From a virus (lineage: Duplodnaviria > Heunggongvirae > Uroviricota > Caudoviricetes), in IMG/VR virus record IMGVR_UViG_2802429253_000004: DNA of 48,941 nucleotides; one strand, 5' to 3'. Position 1 is the stretch's first letter, and each line of letters begins with the position of its first letter. The translations under genes were made by a program, and so were the position numbers. Below, piece after piece: positions 34,077 through 44,763 of the stretch. Under the pieces are notes generated by a model. It was not told the origin of the DNA. It searched no databases and worked only from the letters and a program-made list of their open reading frames with translations.

Positions 34077-34420
34077 TGAACTCCTTCAAAGAGGTTATAG
34101 CGCAAGATATTTCTGCAATATTCCTCAATGAAAAAGAGTTTGCCGATACATATAACATAGACGGCAAGGATATCCTTGCCGTTATTGATACAGACCTTAT
34201 TCATGAGCGTAATAAACGCTCATATGCTGAGTTTGCAGAGGGAATAAATCAGGGACAAATAATATTATTTGTTTCAAGAAAAGATTTTCCTGTTCTCCCT
34301 GTCAAAGACCAGTCAATGAAAATCAACGGTAAAAATTATATTGTTGATGAAGTATCAGATAATGTTGGTGTATTGGAAATAACTCTCACTGTTAATACTA
34401 ACAGAGGAATGCCGATTTGA
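34076..34420 (+). CDS. Head-tail connector/completion protein (positional)
   Basis: 114-aa gene with overlapping start and stop in the morphogenesis operon. Confidence 0.45.
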   Translation: MNSFKEVIAQDISAIFLNEKEFADTYNIDGKDILAVIDTDLIHERNKRSYAEFAEGINQGQIILFVSRKDFPVLPVKDQSMKINGKNYIVDEVSDNVGVLEITLTVNTNRGMPI

Positions 34421-34902
34421 TTAATCTTTTGATAGATGCAATAAAAAATCGGTTGGAACATGAGGTTTTCCATGATTTATTAGTGCAGGGGCCTCCTTAT
34501 GATGAAACAGACAGCGATATTAAATTGTTTGTTCCAACAATATTTAAAGGGTACTTGCCTCCTAAATCACAACCATCTCCAGATAAACCGCCAGAATTTC
34601 CTCATGTGATTATCAGACCCACGGAAGGAGGAATGCAGCCTGAAACGGATGAAGTTAAGGTTAAGTTTCTTCTAGGTGGTTTTTGTGAGGACCATACTGG
34701 ATATGAATGGGTAATGGCTCTTCTTGAAAGGATGATGTTTCATTTTCAGGAGAAGCCTTTACTTGAAGAGAAATTTCTCTTTCAGGGTGATATCAGATGG
34801 CGAATGTTTGATGATCAACCATATCCATATTGGATAACGGAAGCAACTGGAACGTGGCTAGTATTAAAGCCTCAGAATATTCAGTCTCAGGAGTTTATCT
34901 AA
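34417..34902 (+). CDS. Head-tail completion protein (positional)
   Basis: 161-aa gene between head and tail modules. Confidence 0.45.
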   Translation: MINLLIDAIKNRLEHEVFHDLLVQGPPYDETDSDIKLFVPTIFKGYLPPKSQPSPDKPPEFPHVIIRPTEGGMQPETDEVKVKFLLGGFCEDHTGYEWVMALLERMMFHFQEKPLLEEKFLFQGDIRWRMFDDQPYPYWITEATGTWLVLKPQNIQSQEFI

Positions 34903-35193
34903 ATGGCTAATAAGAAAAGTAGTAAAGAAGATATAGAAAAGAAGGAAGATGTTGCTCAAACATTTGTATATATAGGACCAACAATCCCTCAACTCTCAAT
35001 TTTGAAGCATAAACTATTTAAGAATGGTTTATCTCCAGAGTGTGAAAAATTAATATCACATATTCCTGGTGCAAAGTGTTTGTTTGTGGCAACCAGTGAT
35101 TTTGCAGATGCAGAAAAAAGACTTTCTGATAAAACCAGTGTCGAGTATGTAATGTACTCTAGAGTTTCTTCTTCTATCATGGAGATTAAATAA
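34903..35193 (+). CDS. Small tail/neck protein (positional)
   Basis: 96-aa gene immediately before the sheath gene. Confidence 0.4.
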   Translation: MANKKSSKEDIEKKEDVAQTFVYIGPTIPQLSILKHKLFKNGLSPECEKLISHIPGAKCLFVATSDFADAEKRLSDKTSVEYVMYSRVSSSIMEIK

Positions 35194-36656
35194 TGGGATA
35201 TCGCCACGGTATTTATATATCTGAGCTGGCTACATCTATAACTCCTCCAGTACAAGTTAGTGCTGGGTTGATTGTCGCATTTGGTACAGCTCCTGTTAAT
35301 CAGTTAGAAGATCCAGCCTCAGCGGTAAATAAACCTATCATTGCTTATACATACGCAGAGGCCGTATCTAAAATAGGATATAGCACAAACTTCGAGAAAT
35401 ATACTTTAAGCGAAGTAATTAAAGTCGCATTTGGAATATATGGTGTTGCGCCAATTGTATTTATTAATGTGCTTGATCCAGCAAAGCATAAGAAAGACGT
35501 AACTGATGAGGTAGTAAAACTTTCTGGCGGGAAAGGTACGCTCTCTAACGATGGTGTCTTATATAAATCTGTTGTTGTGAAAAAAGCAGATGGTGATTCG
35601 GCAGGATTAACGGTTGATACCGATTATGTGCTGGCGCTGGATGATAATGGCTATACGGTCATTACCGCTATTAGCGGAGGAAAAATTACCGAAAAAGACG
35701 CTACTCTTAAGGTTAGTTATACGCATCTTGATCCCGGTGCCGTAACTAAAAATGACATTATCGGTGGTGTGGATTCCAACACTAAAGCCAATACAGGGCT
35801 TGAGTTACTGTCTGATGTGTATCCCCGCTTCAAGTTGGTTCCTGGACAAGTGATTGCGCCTGGATTTAGTTCTGATAGTGAAGTTGGTCAGCTAATGGCG
35901 GCTAAAGCCGCGTTGATTAGTGAATTGTTCAAAGCAGAAGCCATAACTGATGCACCGACCGATAAATCTACTATCAGTGATTACTCGGCTGTTCCTGAAT
36001 GGAAACAGAACAATAATCACATGGCCGCTAACCAGACAGTGTGCTGGCCGATGGTGAAACTTGGTGACAATATTTACCATCACTCAACCCATTTAGCGGC
36101 CGCAACATGCTTGCTGGATAGTCAGTATGGTGATATTCCATCACGTTCTCCGTCAAATATAAAACTACAGATGGACGGTGCTGTACGTAAAGATGGCAGT
36201 GAAGTATGGCTTAACATTAGCCAGGCAAACTACTTAAATGGACAGGGGATTGTAACAAGCCTTAATTTTGATGGTTGGAAATCATGGGGAAACCGTAATG
36301 CTATTTATCCAACATCTACAGACCCCAAAGACGCATTTCGTGTTTGCCGACGTATGTTTAACTGGGTGGGTAATACGTTAATTCTTTCGCATTGGTCAAA
36401 AATAGACAATCCTGCAAACCGTCGATTAATTGAATCGATTGTTACAAGTGCGAATATTTGGCTTAACGGCCTCACAGGTAATCAGGATATTGCAGGTGGT
36501 GTTGTTACCTTTGATCAGTCTGAAAACACGATTACGTCATTGATGGACGGGATTGTTAAATTCCATGTAAAAATGACACCATTCTCACCTGCCAGAGATA
36601 TAGAGTTCGTCATGGAATATAATCCTGATTATCTGCTGAACTTGTTTTCTGAATAA
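35193..36656 (+). CDS. Contractile tail sheath protein
   Basis: 487 aa; immediately followed by tube, chaperone and tape-measure genes. Confidence 0.8.
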   Translation: MGYRHGIYISELATSITPPVQVSAGLIVAFGTAPVNQLEDPASAVNKPIIAYTYAEAVSKIGYSTNFEKYTLSEVIKVAFGIYGVAPIVFINVLDPAKHKKDVTDEVVKLSGGKGTLSNDGVLYKSVVVKKADGDSAGLTVDTDYVLALDDNGYTVITAISGGKITEKDATLKVSYTHLDPGAVTKNDIIGGVDSNTKANTGLELLSDVYPRFKLVPGQVIAPGFSSDSEVGQLMAAKAALISELFKAEAITDAPTDKSTISDYSAVPEWKQNNNHMAANQTVCWPMVKLGDNIYHHSTHLAAATCLLDSQYGDIPSRSPSNIKLQMDGAVRKDGSEVWLNISQANYLNGQGIVTSLNFDGWKSWGNRNAIYPTSTDPKDAFRVCRRMFNWVGNTLILSHWSKIDNPANRRLIESIVTSANIWLNGLTGNQDIAGGVVTFDQSENTITSLMDGIVKFHVKMTPFSPARDIEFVMEYNPDYLLNLFSE

Positions 36657-36672
36657 ATAATAGGAGGTTGCT

Positions 36673-37194
36673 TTGAGCAATCAAATTCCTGAGAGACTTA
36701 TTAACTTTACAGTATACGGTGAGGGAAACCGTATTATCGGTGTTGCTGACGCAAAGCTGCCATCAATTGAGATGATGACAGAAACTGTTAGTGGTGCAGG
36801 TATCGCTGGAGAGCTTGAGAGCGGAACGCTGGGGCATTTCAAACCAATGACTGTCTCTCTTAAATGGCGAACTCTGACCTCTGCTGGTACAAAATTATTT
36901 CTATCCTCATCGCATCAGGTAGATTTTCGCGGTAGCCAGCAGGTTTATGATGCAGGAACAGGAAAATATAAAACGGTTCCTATTCGGGCTTCAATGAAGC
37001 TAAACCCTAAAAAACTGGATTTAGGTTCGCTACAGGTGGCAAAGGCTACTGATTCAGAGAATGAATTTGAAGTTCTCTATATCAAATTATTTATTGATGG
37101 AAAAGAAGTCTTGGAAATTGATAAGTTGAACTTTATTTGTATCTTTGATGGTGAAGATATATTAAAAAGCGTTCGTGATGATTTAGGTTTATAA
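36673..37194 (+). CDS. Tail tube protein
   Basis: 173 aa after the sheath; AGGAGG ribosome-binding site (non-ATG start likely). Confidence 0.75.
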   Translation: MSNQIPERLINFTVYGEGNRIIGVADAKLPSIEMMTETVSGAGIAGELESGTLGHFKPMTVSLKWRTLTSAGTKLFLSSSHQVDFRGSQQVYDAGTGKYKTVPIRASMKLNPKKLDLGSLQVAKATDSENEFEVLYIKLFIDGKEVLEIDKLNFICIFDGEDILKSVRDDLGL

Positions 37195-37203
37195 GGTGAC
37201 AAA

Positions 37204-37485
37204 ATGGAAACCGTTAAATTAAGTAAAGAATATCGTTTTGAAGACTTTGAGCCGGTGACTGAACTCAACCTTGATTTAGACAACCTAAAAGGCAGTGATA
37301 TTTTAGAGGTATCGGACTTACTGCAATCTCAAGGGCATGTTTCAGTTCAAACATCACTTGATAATAAAGTCCATGCAGCCTTGGCTGCTCGCTGTATTGG
37401 CCGTCCAATAGAGTATCTGAATGGATTGCCAGCGAAAGACTTTGTTAAAGTTTGTCAAAAGGTACAGAATTTTTTGCTCTCGTAG
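37204..37485 (+). CDS. Tail assembly chaperone with programmed -1 frameshift extension to 37634
   Basis: Slippery heptamer T_TTT_TTG at 37470..37476 just before the stop; the -1 frame is open to 37634, directly upstream of the tape measure. Confidence 0.7.
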   Translation: METVKLSKEYRFEDFEPVTELNLDLDNLKGSDILEVSDLLQSQGHVSVQTSLDNKVHAALAARCIGRPIEYLNGLPAKDFVKVCQKVQNFLLS

Positions 37486-37639
37486 GTTTTGATGAGCAAA
37501 AACCTATTGATAAGCAAATAATGAGGGCCGCGAGTTCTCTATCTCAATCATCTCAATCAACACCTATATCCTACTGGCTTTCGCTTCGGTTGAGGCGAAT
37601 CGTCGCATGGATTGATGTGTTTAATGAGGATTAATACTA

Positions 37640-40432
37640 ATGGCCAGCAATAAGAACTTTAAGCTGGCTTTTGAAATTGGCGGCAAAGTTGCCGCCTCTC
37701 TCCCCAAAAGTTTTACTACAGCTAATCAGGCTGTTGCTAAATTAAATGCCGAGCTTGCTGGATTAACGAAAGAACATGGGGAAATTCAAAAGCTACAATC
37801 TGTAAAAGTAAAGGTTGGACAGACTGCCCTCGAATATCATAAAGCTGCCGCTCGCGTTGAAGAGTTACAGAAGCAAATAAAAAACACGGCCAATCCAACC
37901 AGAGCGATGCTTCGTGACTTTGAGAAGGCAAAAACACATTCATCGAATTTACGAGCATCACTACGTTCTCAGCGTGAAGAACTGGCCGCTTTAAAGTCTG
38001 CCTATCAGGGAGCTGATACATCTGCCAGAGCTTTGGCCTCAAGAGAGAAAGAGCTTAAAGCCAGCATTGATCGTAATCGTGAGGCTCAGGTCCGTAGCGT
38101 TGAGCAGGTTAACCGCTACAGAACGGCTTTGGCTTTAGCCAGAGCAAATGTTCAGCAAGTGAAAAAACAGCAGGAGGAACTTAACCGGGCATTAGAAAAA
38201 CAACGTATTGATAAAATTAACAGCTATAAAAATGCGTTGGCTGAAGCACGGAAAAATGTTCTTGCAGTAAAACGTGCTCAGGAGGAGTTAAACCGCGCGT
38301 TGGAAAGGCAGCGTGAATTGAAGCGAGAGCATCTTGGTGAGGCAAAGAGTCAACTTGTAAGGTCAGGATTACAAACTGGTGCTGTAGCGGCTGGTGCATT
38401 TGCTGCTGCTAACAATGCAGCAAATTTCAATCGTGAAAACAAAATGATTGGTCTTACGGCAGATATGAAGCCGGAAGAAGTTCAGGCGATGGGGCAGGCG
38501 ATGCTTGTTACCGGAACGGCCACCAACCAGTTTGCATCTGATATTCAGGCCGCTCAGGGTTTTCTCGTCGCTGCTGGGCAGGATTATAAAGAGGCTCAGG
38601 CGAATCTACTAACTATTGGGCGAACAGCTACAGCTACTGGCTCTGATATCCTCGATGTCTCGAAAGCATCATTTACATTAAGTGACTCATTGAAGATTGA
38701 TCCATCTCAAATGAAGTCTGCAATGGGGATTCTGGTTCAGGCAGGGAAAGAGGGAAACTTTGAATTTAAAGATATGGCCAAAAATCTTCCTGTGCTTGGT
38801 GCTCAGTTCCAGGCATTAAAAATGGGAGGTAAAGAAGCCGCCGCGACGATGGGGGCAGCTTTGCAGATAGCTCGCAAAGGTGCTGCAACTTCGGATGAGG
38901 CTGCTAATAATATGAACAACTTTTTGGCGAAAATACTTTCCCCTGAAACACTAAAAAAAGCAAAGAAAAATTTCGGTGTAGATTTATATAAAATTGTCAC
39001 AACAGCGCAGAAAAAAGGGAAGAATCCATTCGAAGCTGCAATGCATTCTGTCATGAAAATGACTAAGAACGGAGATCAGAAGTTACTTGGTGAGCTATTT
39101 GGCGATATGCAGGTTCAGAACTTTGTTCGTCCGATGATTCAAAACTGGAAGGAATACCAGAGAATCAAAGCAACATCTCTTGGTGCTGGAAGTGCTGTTA
39201 TTGACCGCGATTTTGCCAACATAACGAAAGACAATGCGGAGCGATTGAAACAATTACGTATTCAGGCTAGCAATGCATCATTAAGTTTTGGTCAGGCCTT
39301 GCAACCTGCTTTGAATGCCGCGCTTAGTGTTTTGGTTCCGCTGATTACAAAAATTAGTGAATTTGTAGCTAACAACCCCAATTTTGTGTCTCAGATTGTG
39401 ATGGCGGCAGGTGCGTTTCTAACCATGAAAAGTGTGGTTATAGCGTGTAGGGTAGCTATGCTGGCTTTATCTGTAGCGACAAAGCTAACACCCTTCGGGT
39501 GGATTCAGATGGCTATATCTGCGCTGGTTGCCGCAGGAATATTGCTCTATCAGAACTGGGATAAGATCAGAGATTATGCTGTCAGAGTTTGGCCTTCTGT
39601 TAAGGAATATACAGTTAAATCGTTTGAAGCTATAAAAAACTTTATCTTAAACTTTGATCTCAATGGATGGATTATATCTATGTTTGGTAAAGCATGGGAT
39701 TATCTTTCCAACATAAACTGGAGTTCGGCAGGAGTAAGAATTTATAGTACATTAATTAGTGCTTTTAAATGGATGTCTCCGCTTCCGTTCTTAATTAAAG
39801 CATTTAAACTTACAACAAATTACCTTTCTGGTATTAACTGGAGCGAAACAGGAAAGAAAATCATAGATACACTGGTATCTGTTTTTATGCGTTTTTCACC
39901 AGTTGGACTCTTTATAAGAGCATTCCAATCTGTAACGGCTTATTTGTCTGGAATAAACTGGAGTGAGTCAGGCGCAAAAATAATTGAGACGTTAATCACT
40001 GGGATAAAATCAAAAGCAAATGCTTTAATTAATGAAGTGAAAGGCGTTTTTTCTTCTGTACGTGAGTATTTACCGTTCTCTGACGCGAAAAAAGGTCCAT
40101 TCTCACAGCTAACAAAGTCAGGTGGTGCAATAATGACTACTCTGGCATCAGGCGTTAGCAGGAATAACAGCCTACAGAATGCAATAGCAACCAAGTTCGG
40201 GCAATCAAATTTATCACCTCACGGGATATCTGCCGCCGGGACTTCTGGACCTCGCCAGAACGTTAATGCTGTGACTGGTGGAATAACCTATTCACCTGTA
40301 ATCAATCTTCCGGCTGGTTCACCAAAGGAAACTGAGGCGGCAGCTAAAAGAGCATTAGATGCGGGATATTCTGATTTTGAGAAGAAATTGAGTGCTCATA
40401 TGTTCCAACAACGGAGATTAAGTTTTGGATGA
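37640..40432 (+). CDS. Tail tape measure protein
   Basis: 930 aa; coiled-coil N-terminus, hydrophobic central segments. Confidence 0.85.
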   Translation: MASNKNFKLAFEIGGKVAASLPKSFTTANQAVAKLNAELAGLTKEHGEIQKLQSVKVKVGQTALEYHKAAARVEELQKQIKNTANPTRAMLRDFEKAKTHSSNLRASLRSQREELAALKSAYQGADTSARALASREKELKASIDRNREAQVRSVEQVNRYRTALALARANVQQVKKQQEELNRALEKQRIDKINSYKNALAEARKNVLAVKRAQEELNRALERQRELKREHLGEAKSQLVRSGLQTGAVAAGAFAAANNAANFNRENKMIGLTADMKPEEVQAMGQAMLVTGTATNQFASDIQAAQGFLVAAGQDYKEAQANLLTIGRTATATGSDILDVSKASFTLSDSLKIDPSQMKSAMGILVQAGKEGNFEFKDMAKNLPVLGAQFQALKMGGKEAAATMGAALQIARKGAATSDEAANNMNNFLAKILSPETLKKAKKNFGVDLYKIVTTAQKKGKNPFEAAMHSVMKMTKNGDQKLLGELFGDMQVQNFVRPMIQNWKEYQRIKATSLGAGSAVIDRDFANITKDNAERLKQLRIQASNASLSFGQALQPALNAALSVLVPLITKISEFVANNPNFVSQIVMAAGAFLTMKSVVIACRVAMLALSVATKLTPFGWIQMAISALVAAGILLYQNWDKIRDYAVRVWPSVKEYTVKSFEAIKNFILNFDLNGWIISMFGKAWDYLSNINWSSAGVRIYSTLISAFKWMSPLPFLIKAFKLTTNYLSGINWSETGKKIIDTLVSVFMRFSPVGLFIRAFQSVTAYLSGINWSESGAKIIETLITGIKSKANALINEVKGVFSSVREYLPFSDAKKGPFSQLTKSGGAIMTTLASGVSRNNSLQNAIATKFGQSNLSPHGISAAGTSGPRQNVNAVTGGITYSPVINLPAGSPKETEAAAKRALDAGYSDFEKKLSAHMFQQRRLSFG

Positions 40433-40643
40433 TTATAGAACGGTTCAAGGGGACTCATGGGATAGTATCGCGTTAAAGTTGTATGGTAATGAGTACCTGT
40501 CTTATCTTCTTATTGATGCTAATACTGAGCACCGCTTTACGGTGCTTTTTTCTGCGGGAATTATTCTTAAAGTTCCTGATGCTCCGGTTATGCCAATATC
40601 AGTAAACAATTTGCCTCCGTGGAGACGCAATAGTGTTACGTAA
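40425..40643 (+). CDS. LysM-like tail protein X
   Basis: 72 aa; resembles P2 gpX (YRTVQGDSWDSIALKLYG). Confidence 0.6.
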   Translation: MDDYRTVQGDSWDSIALKLYGNEYLSYLLIDANTEHRFTVLFSAGIILKVPDAPVMPISVNNLPPWRRNSVT

Positions 40644-41634
40644 AACGCTTTTTGATGTTATATATCAGAATGTAAATATTACCGCTCATATGTCACCTGA
40701 TGTTTTGTCAATGTCTTATACAGATAATGAAGATGGTCAGGTCGATGATATTTCTATTATATTAAAAAATGATGATGGGAAATGGTCTGGAGACTGGACA
40801 CCTAAAAAGGGTGATTTTATTGATTTGAGCTTTAAGCCTATAAATCAAATCGTCCTTGAGTGCGGGAAATTCCAGGTAGATGGCATAACTTGCTCTGGAC
40901 CACCTTCTGTTGTTGAGGTGACTGCTGTTTCTGTTCCTGTTTCATCAGGCATTAGACGTGATTTAAAAAGTAATGCATGGGAAAAAACAACTCTTAAAGA
41001 TATAGCAACCTCTATAGCTAAATTAGCTAACCTTGAACTGTTGTTTCTTATTGATGGTGATAGTAATCCATATTATGCGCGTGAAGATCAAATGGAGGAA
41101 AGCGATTTAAAATTTCTCCATCGACTATGCCAGGATGAAGGGTTGTCGTTAAAGGTCACTGATAGCCAATTAATAATATTTGCTCAAGAGATGTTTGAGC
41201 AAAAAGATCCTATCGCTACGCTTACGTTAGGTATTGATGAGATAATCAGATATAGCTTTAGCACACAATCTACAGATTTGTATAAAAGTTGCACGTGCAA
41301 ATATCGCGTACCTAAAAAAAGAAAGTCGCTTTCGTATACTTGGGTAGATCCATCCGTAGAAGAAGGGTCGAATCTTAAGATAAGAAAACTGGTAGCTAAT
41401 TTAGATGAAGCAAAACGTAAGGCAAAGGCTGCTTTGCGGCTTAAAAATAGATATCAAAATACAGGATCTTTAGTATTGGTTGGAGACACCAGATTGGTAG
41501 CTGGTGTAACTATAAATCTGGACGGATTCGGTTCATTTTCTGGAAAATATCTTATATCGAAAGCTGTGCATTCAATTGGGGCTAGTGGTTATACCACCTC
41601 GATTGATGTCCGAAGAGTAATTAATGGGTATTAA
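40633..41634 (+). CDS. Tail protein D/baseplate hub-like (late control D family)
   Basis: 333 aa downstream of the tape measure and X. Confidence 0.6.
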   Translation: MLRKTLFDVIYQNVNITAHMSPDVLSMSYTDNEDGQVDDISIILKNDDGKWSGDWTPKKGDFIDLSFKPINQIVLECGKFQVDGITCSGPPSVVEVTAVSVPVSSGIRRDLKSNAWEKTTLKDIATSIAKLANLELLFLIDGDSNPYYAREDQMEESDLKFLHRLCQDEGLSLKVTDSQLIIFAQEMFEQKDPIATLTLGIDEIIRYSFSTQSTDLYKSCTCKYRVPKKRKSLSYTWVDPSVEEGSNLKIRKLVANLDEAKRKAKAALRLKNRYQNTGSLVLVGDTRLVAGVTINLDGFGSFSGKYLISKAVHSIGASGYTTSIDVRRVINGY

Positions 41635-41636
41635 TT

Positions 41637-42257
41637 ATGAATGATTTAGAAACATTATTACGTCAGACTATAAGAGTTGGCGTTGTTTCTGATATTGATG
41701 ATGGTGATGTTACAGCAAGAGTTACTTTCGATGATCAGGATAACGTCACTTCGGCAAAGTTATCAGTTATTGTGAAAAATACGGATAAGAATGCTGATTA
41801 CTGGATGCCAGATATTGGTGAGCAAGTTTTGTGTATCTTTCATCCCGCAGGGCCGCAACAAGGTTTTATTATTGGTAGTTTTTATGATGAAACACAGAAG
41901 CCGCCATCTAATACTGTTAATAAACGCGTCATTAGATTTAATAACGGAACTCGTATTGAGGTAGACAGAGAATCTAATTTACTCCTTGTTGATGCTGTCG
42001 GAGATGTAACCGTTAAGGCTACAGGAACCGTAACTATTGATGCTCCAGAAACCATCATTACCGGAAATGCTACAGTTGAAGGATTACTAACCTTCAAAGG
42101 TGGAATGAAAGGATCTTCTGCTGGAGGTGTTGCAGCTACAATTTCTGGGGATGTTAAGGTTGTTGGTGGTGATATAGATGTTGATGGGATTAAATCTAAA
42201 GGCCACCATCACACGGCTCAGGGGGAATACGCTCCGACAACGGAGGCTCAGGCATGA
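41637..42257 (+). CDS. Baseplate spike/assembly protein V-like
   Basis: 206 aa; resembles P2 gpV (EQVLCIFHPAG..), Gly-rich beta-helical C-terminus. Confidence 0.7.
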   Translation: MNDLETLLRQTIRVGVVSDIDDGDVTARVTFDDQDNVTSAKLSVIVKNTDKNADYWMPDIGEQVLCIFHPAGPQQGFIIGSFYDETQKPPSNTVNKRVIRFNNGTRIEVDRESNLLLVDAVGDVTVKATGTVTIDAPETIITGNATVEGLLTFKGGMKGSSAGGVAATISGDVKVVGGDIDVDGIKSKGHHHTAQGEYAPTTEAQA

Positions 42258-42721
42258 TTGTGGGTATGCTTGGTACAATGCCTTTTGTTGCCTCATCAAT
42301 AGTGGTGAATACGTTCAACAATTTTAAAAGGACGTCAAAGCGTCGTGTAGCGCGCCATGATGTTATTGGGCTTAAACCTGTTCTGGAGGATATAGGTCCA
42401 GATCTGGATGAAGTTAGTTTTAATATGCGGTTGGATACAACACTTGGCATTGTTCCATTGGCTGCGCTTTCATTACTTAGGACAATGCAATCAATTCAGG
42501 AAGTAAATCCTGTTGTAATTGGTATTCAGTATTTTGGTAATTTTATAATTACAGATATAGAGGAATCATGGACTTATTTCGGTCCAACTGGGAATCCACG
42601 AGTGATTATCGTCGGCATTAAATTACAGGAAGTCGGACAGACCTCTCTGAAAGAAGCATTAGTTGATATTGCTGGCAATATAGAGTCAAAAACTAGAAGT
42701 GCGTTAGGTAAATTATTATGA
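42254..42721 (+). CDS. Baseplate protein (function unassigned)
   Basis: 155 aa between the V-like and W-like genes. Confidence 0.5.
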   Translation: MIVGMLGTMPFVASSIVVNTFNNFKRTSKRRVARHDVIGLKPVLEDIGPDLDEVSFNMRLDTTLGIVPLAALSLLRTMQSIQEVNPVVIGIQYFGNFIITDIEESWTYFGPTGNPRVIIVGIKLQEVGQTSLKEALVDIAGNIESKTRSALGKLL

Positions 42722-43038
42722 ATAATACGTTTACCATATCATCACCTTCTTACTCGATTGATTGGTCGCCCAAAACAGTTGTAGAAGAAGTTTTGCAAAA
42801 TGTCTCTACTATTATTAATACTCAGATTGGCACTGTACCATATGCCAGAAAATTAGGAGTTAATTCAAGTCTTGTTGATAGCCCTAGCCCAATTTTTATT
42901 GCTACAGCAACACGAGAAATAATTCAAAAAATTAGTGAGTTTGAGCCTAGAGCGATTATCCATTCTGTTACTTTTGAAAGAACGGACGTTTCTGATGGTT
43001 TTATTAGGCCAAAACTTGTGATAGGAGTTAGAGAATGA
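42718..43038 (+). CDS. Baseplate wedge protein, gpW/gp25-like
   Basis: 106 aa immediately upstream of the J-like gene. Confidence 0.6.
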   Translation: MNNTFTISSPSYSIDWSPKTVVEEVLQNVSTIINTQIGTVPYARKLGVNSSLVDSPSPIFIATATREIIQKISEFEPRAIIHSVTFERTDVSDGFIRPKLVIGVRE

Positions 43039-44159
43039 CGTTGCCGCGCGGTGGTTTGCCAGATATTACTTTCGCAGATTCTAACCCGACTGATATAACA
43101 ACTCGTTCAATCAGGGCTTTTGAGAGTATAACAGGTGAAACATTAGCACCTGCTGATCCACGTAGATTATTCATCTTGTCATTGTGTGAGATTATTATAC
43201 AGCAAAGAAAAGCTATCGATTTTTCTGCAAAACAAAACCTTCTTACATATGGTGGGGGTGAATATCTCGACCATATAGGCTATCTGACGGATACGCCTAG
43301 GCTGGAAGCTCAATCTGCCTTGACTACATTTGAGTTTAATCTGTCAACAAAATTATCGGGGATATATACAATACCTGCTGGCACTCAAATTTCAACTGGA
43401 AATAGTGTTATTTTCCAAACAGATGTTTTGTTGGAAATACCAGCTGGGAAAACAGTTGGTACAGCCTCAGGATATGCTGTTATACCTGGCTTATCGGGGA
43501 ATGGATTTTTACCTGGGCAAATAAACGAGTTGGTGACTCCGTTGCCGTATGTTTCCAGCGTAAGGAATCTAACAACATCTAATTCTGGTGCTGATACAGA
43601 GTCAGATGATAATTATGCTGAAAGAATAAAACTGTCGCCGGAAAAACTGTCTACAGCAGGGCCGGAGGATTCTTATAAATATTGGACAAGAACAGCCAAT
43701 CAGAATATAAAAGATGTGAATGTATATACACCATCGCCCGGAACTGTAGAAATCCGTTCTTTGTTAGAGAACGGGGATATACCTTCTGATGAACTATTAG
43801 AGCAGATAAATAGCGTTCTCTCTGCAACTAATATTCGACCATTCACAGATAAAGTTCTTGTTAAGAAACCAGAGAGCATTGAATACGATATAATAATTAA
43901 ATACTGGATTAACTCATCGGACAAAAACAGAACAACTTTAATTCAAAGTGAGGTTGAGAAAGCTATTGATGAGTATAAACAATGGCAACGTTCGGTTATG
44001 GGAAGAGATATAAATCCAGATGAAATTATTCAACGTTTAAAAAATGCTGGGGCTAAAAGATTAGAAATATCAAGTCCTGTATTTACTGTGGTTGGAGAGA
44101 CGCAGGTCGCCAGAGAGAGAAATATAAATTGCCAGTATGCGGGGTTAGAGGATGGCTGA
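43035..44159 (+). CDS. Baseplate protein J-like
   Basis: 374 aa; standard W-J-I order. Confidence 0.7.
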   Translation: MTLPRGGLPDITFADSNPTDITTRSIRAFESITGETLAPADPRRLFILSLCEIIIQQRKAIDFSAKQNLLTYGGGEYLDHIGYLTDTPRLEAQSALTTFEFNLSTKLSGIYTIPAGTQISTGNSVIFQTDVLLEIPAGKTVGTASGYAVIPGLSGNGFLPGQINELVTPLPYVSSVRNLTTSNSGADTESDDNYAERIKLSPEKLSTAGPEDSYKYWTRTANQNIKDVNVYTPSPGTVEIRSLLENGDIPSDELLEQINSVLSATNIRPFTDKVLVKKPESIEYDIIIKYWINSSDKNRTTLIQSEVEKAIDEYKQWQRSVMGRDINPDEIIQRLKNAGAKRLEISSPVFTVVGETQVARERNINCQYAGLEDG

Positions 44160-44733
44160 TATCTTTAATGTTAGCTTGTTGGATGTTTTACCTCCTAACT
44201 TAGCTAGAGATCCCAACGTGATAGCTATGTCGAAAGCTATCGATGATGAACTACAAGCAATTAACAATTTAATATATAAGACAGAAATATATAGCGTTGT
44301 TGATAACCTGGACTCAGTTGTTCTCGATCATTTAGCTTGGCAATGGAATGCTGATACATGGAGGGATAGTTGGCCTGTATCGTTAAAGCGTTCTGTTTTT
44401 AAATCAATAATACGAACAAAGCGAATAAAGGGTACAAGGGCAGCGGTTGAAGATGTAGTAAATAGCTTGGGTGGAGAGGTAAACATAACAGAATGGTTTG
44501 AAACATCACCACCTGGCGAACCATATACAGCCTCAATTGTTGCTTCGATTAACTCTTTTGATGGTGCCGTTCCTTCGAAAGAGATGTTGGAAGATACGTT
44601 AAGAAGTATCAAGAGCGCAAAGTCGGCAAGAACATTATTTACATTTTCGCAAGCAGCCAATGTTTCTGGTGGTGTCGGTATTGTTGGTGCTTGTCAGCCT
44701 GTGTCTTATGTACGATTAATTGGCGAGTGCTAA
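44152..44733 (+). CDS. Tail protein I-like
   Basis: 193 aa between J and the tail fiber. Confidence 0.6.
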   Translation: MADIFNVSLLDVLPPNLARDPNVIAMSKAIDDELQAINNLIYKTEIYSVVDNLDSVVLDHLAWQWNADTWRDSWPVSLKRSVFKSIIRTKRIKGTRAAVEDVVNSLGGEVNITEWFETSPPGEPYTASIVASINSFDGAVPSKEMLEDTLRSIKSAKSARTLFTFSQAANVSGGVGIVGACQPVSYVRLIGEC

Positions 44734-44763
44734 TTCGCAATTTGCTAATTCAAGGAATTAAGC

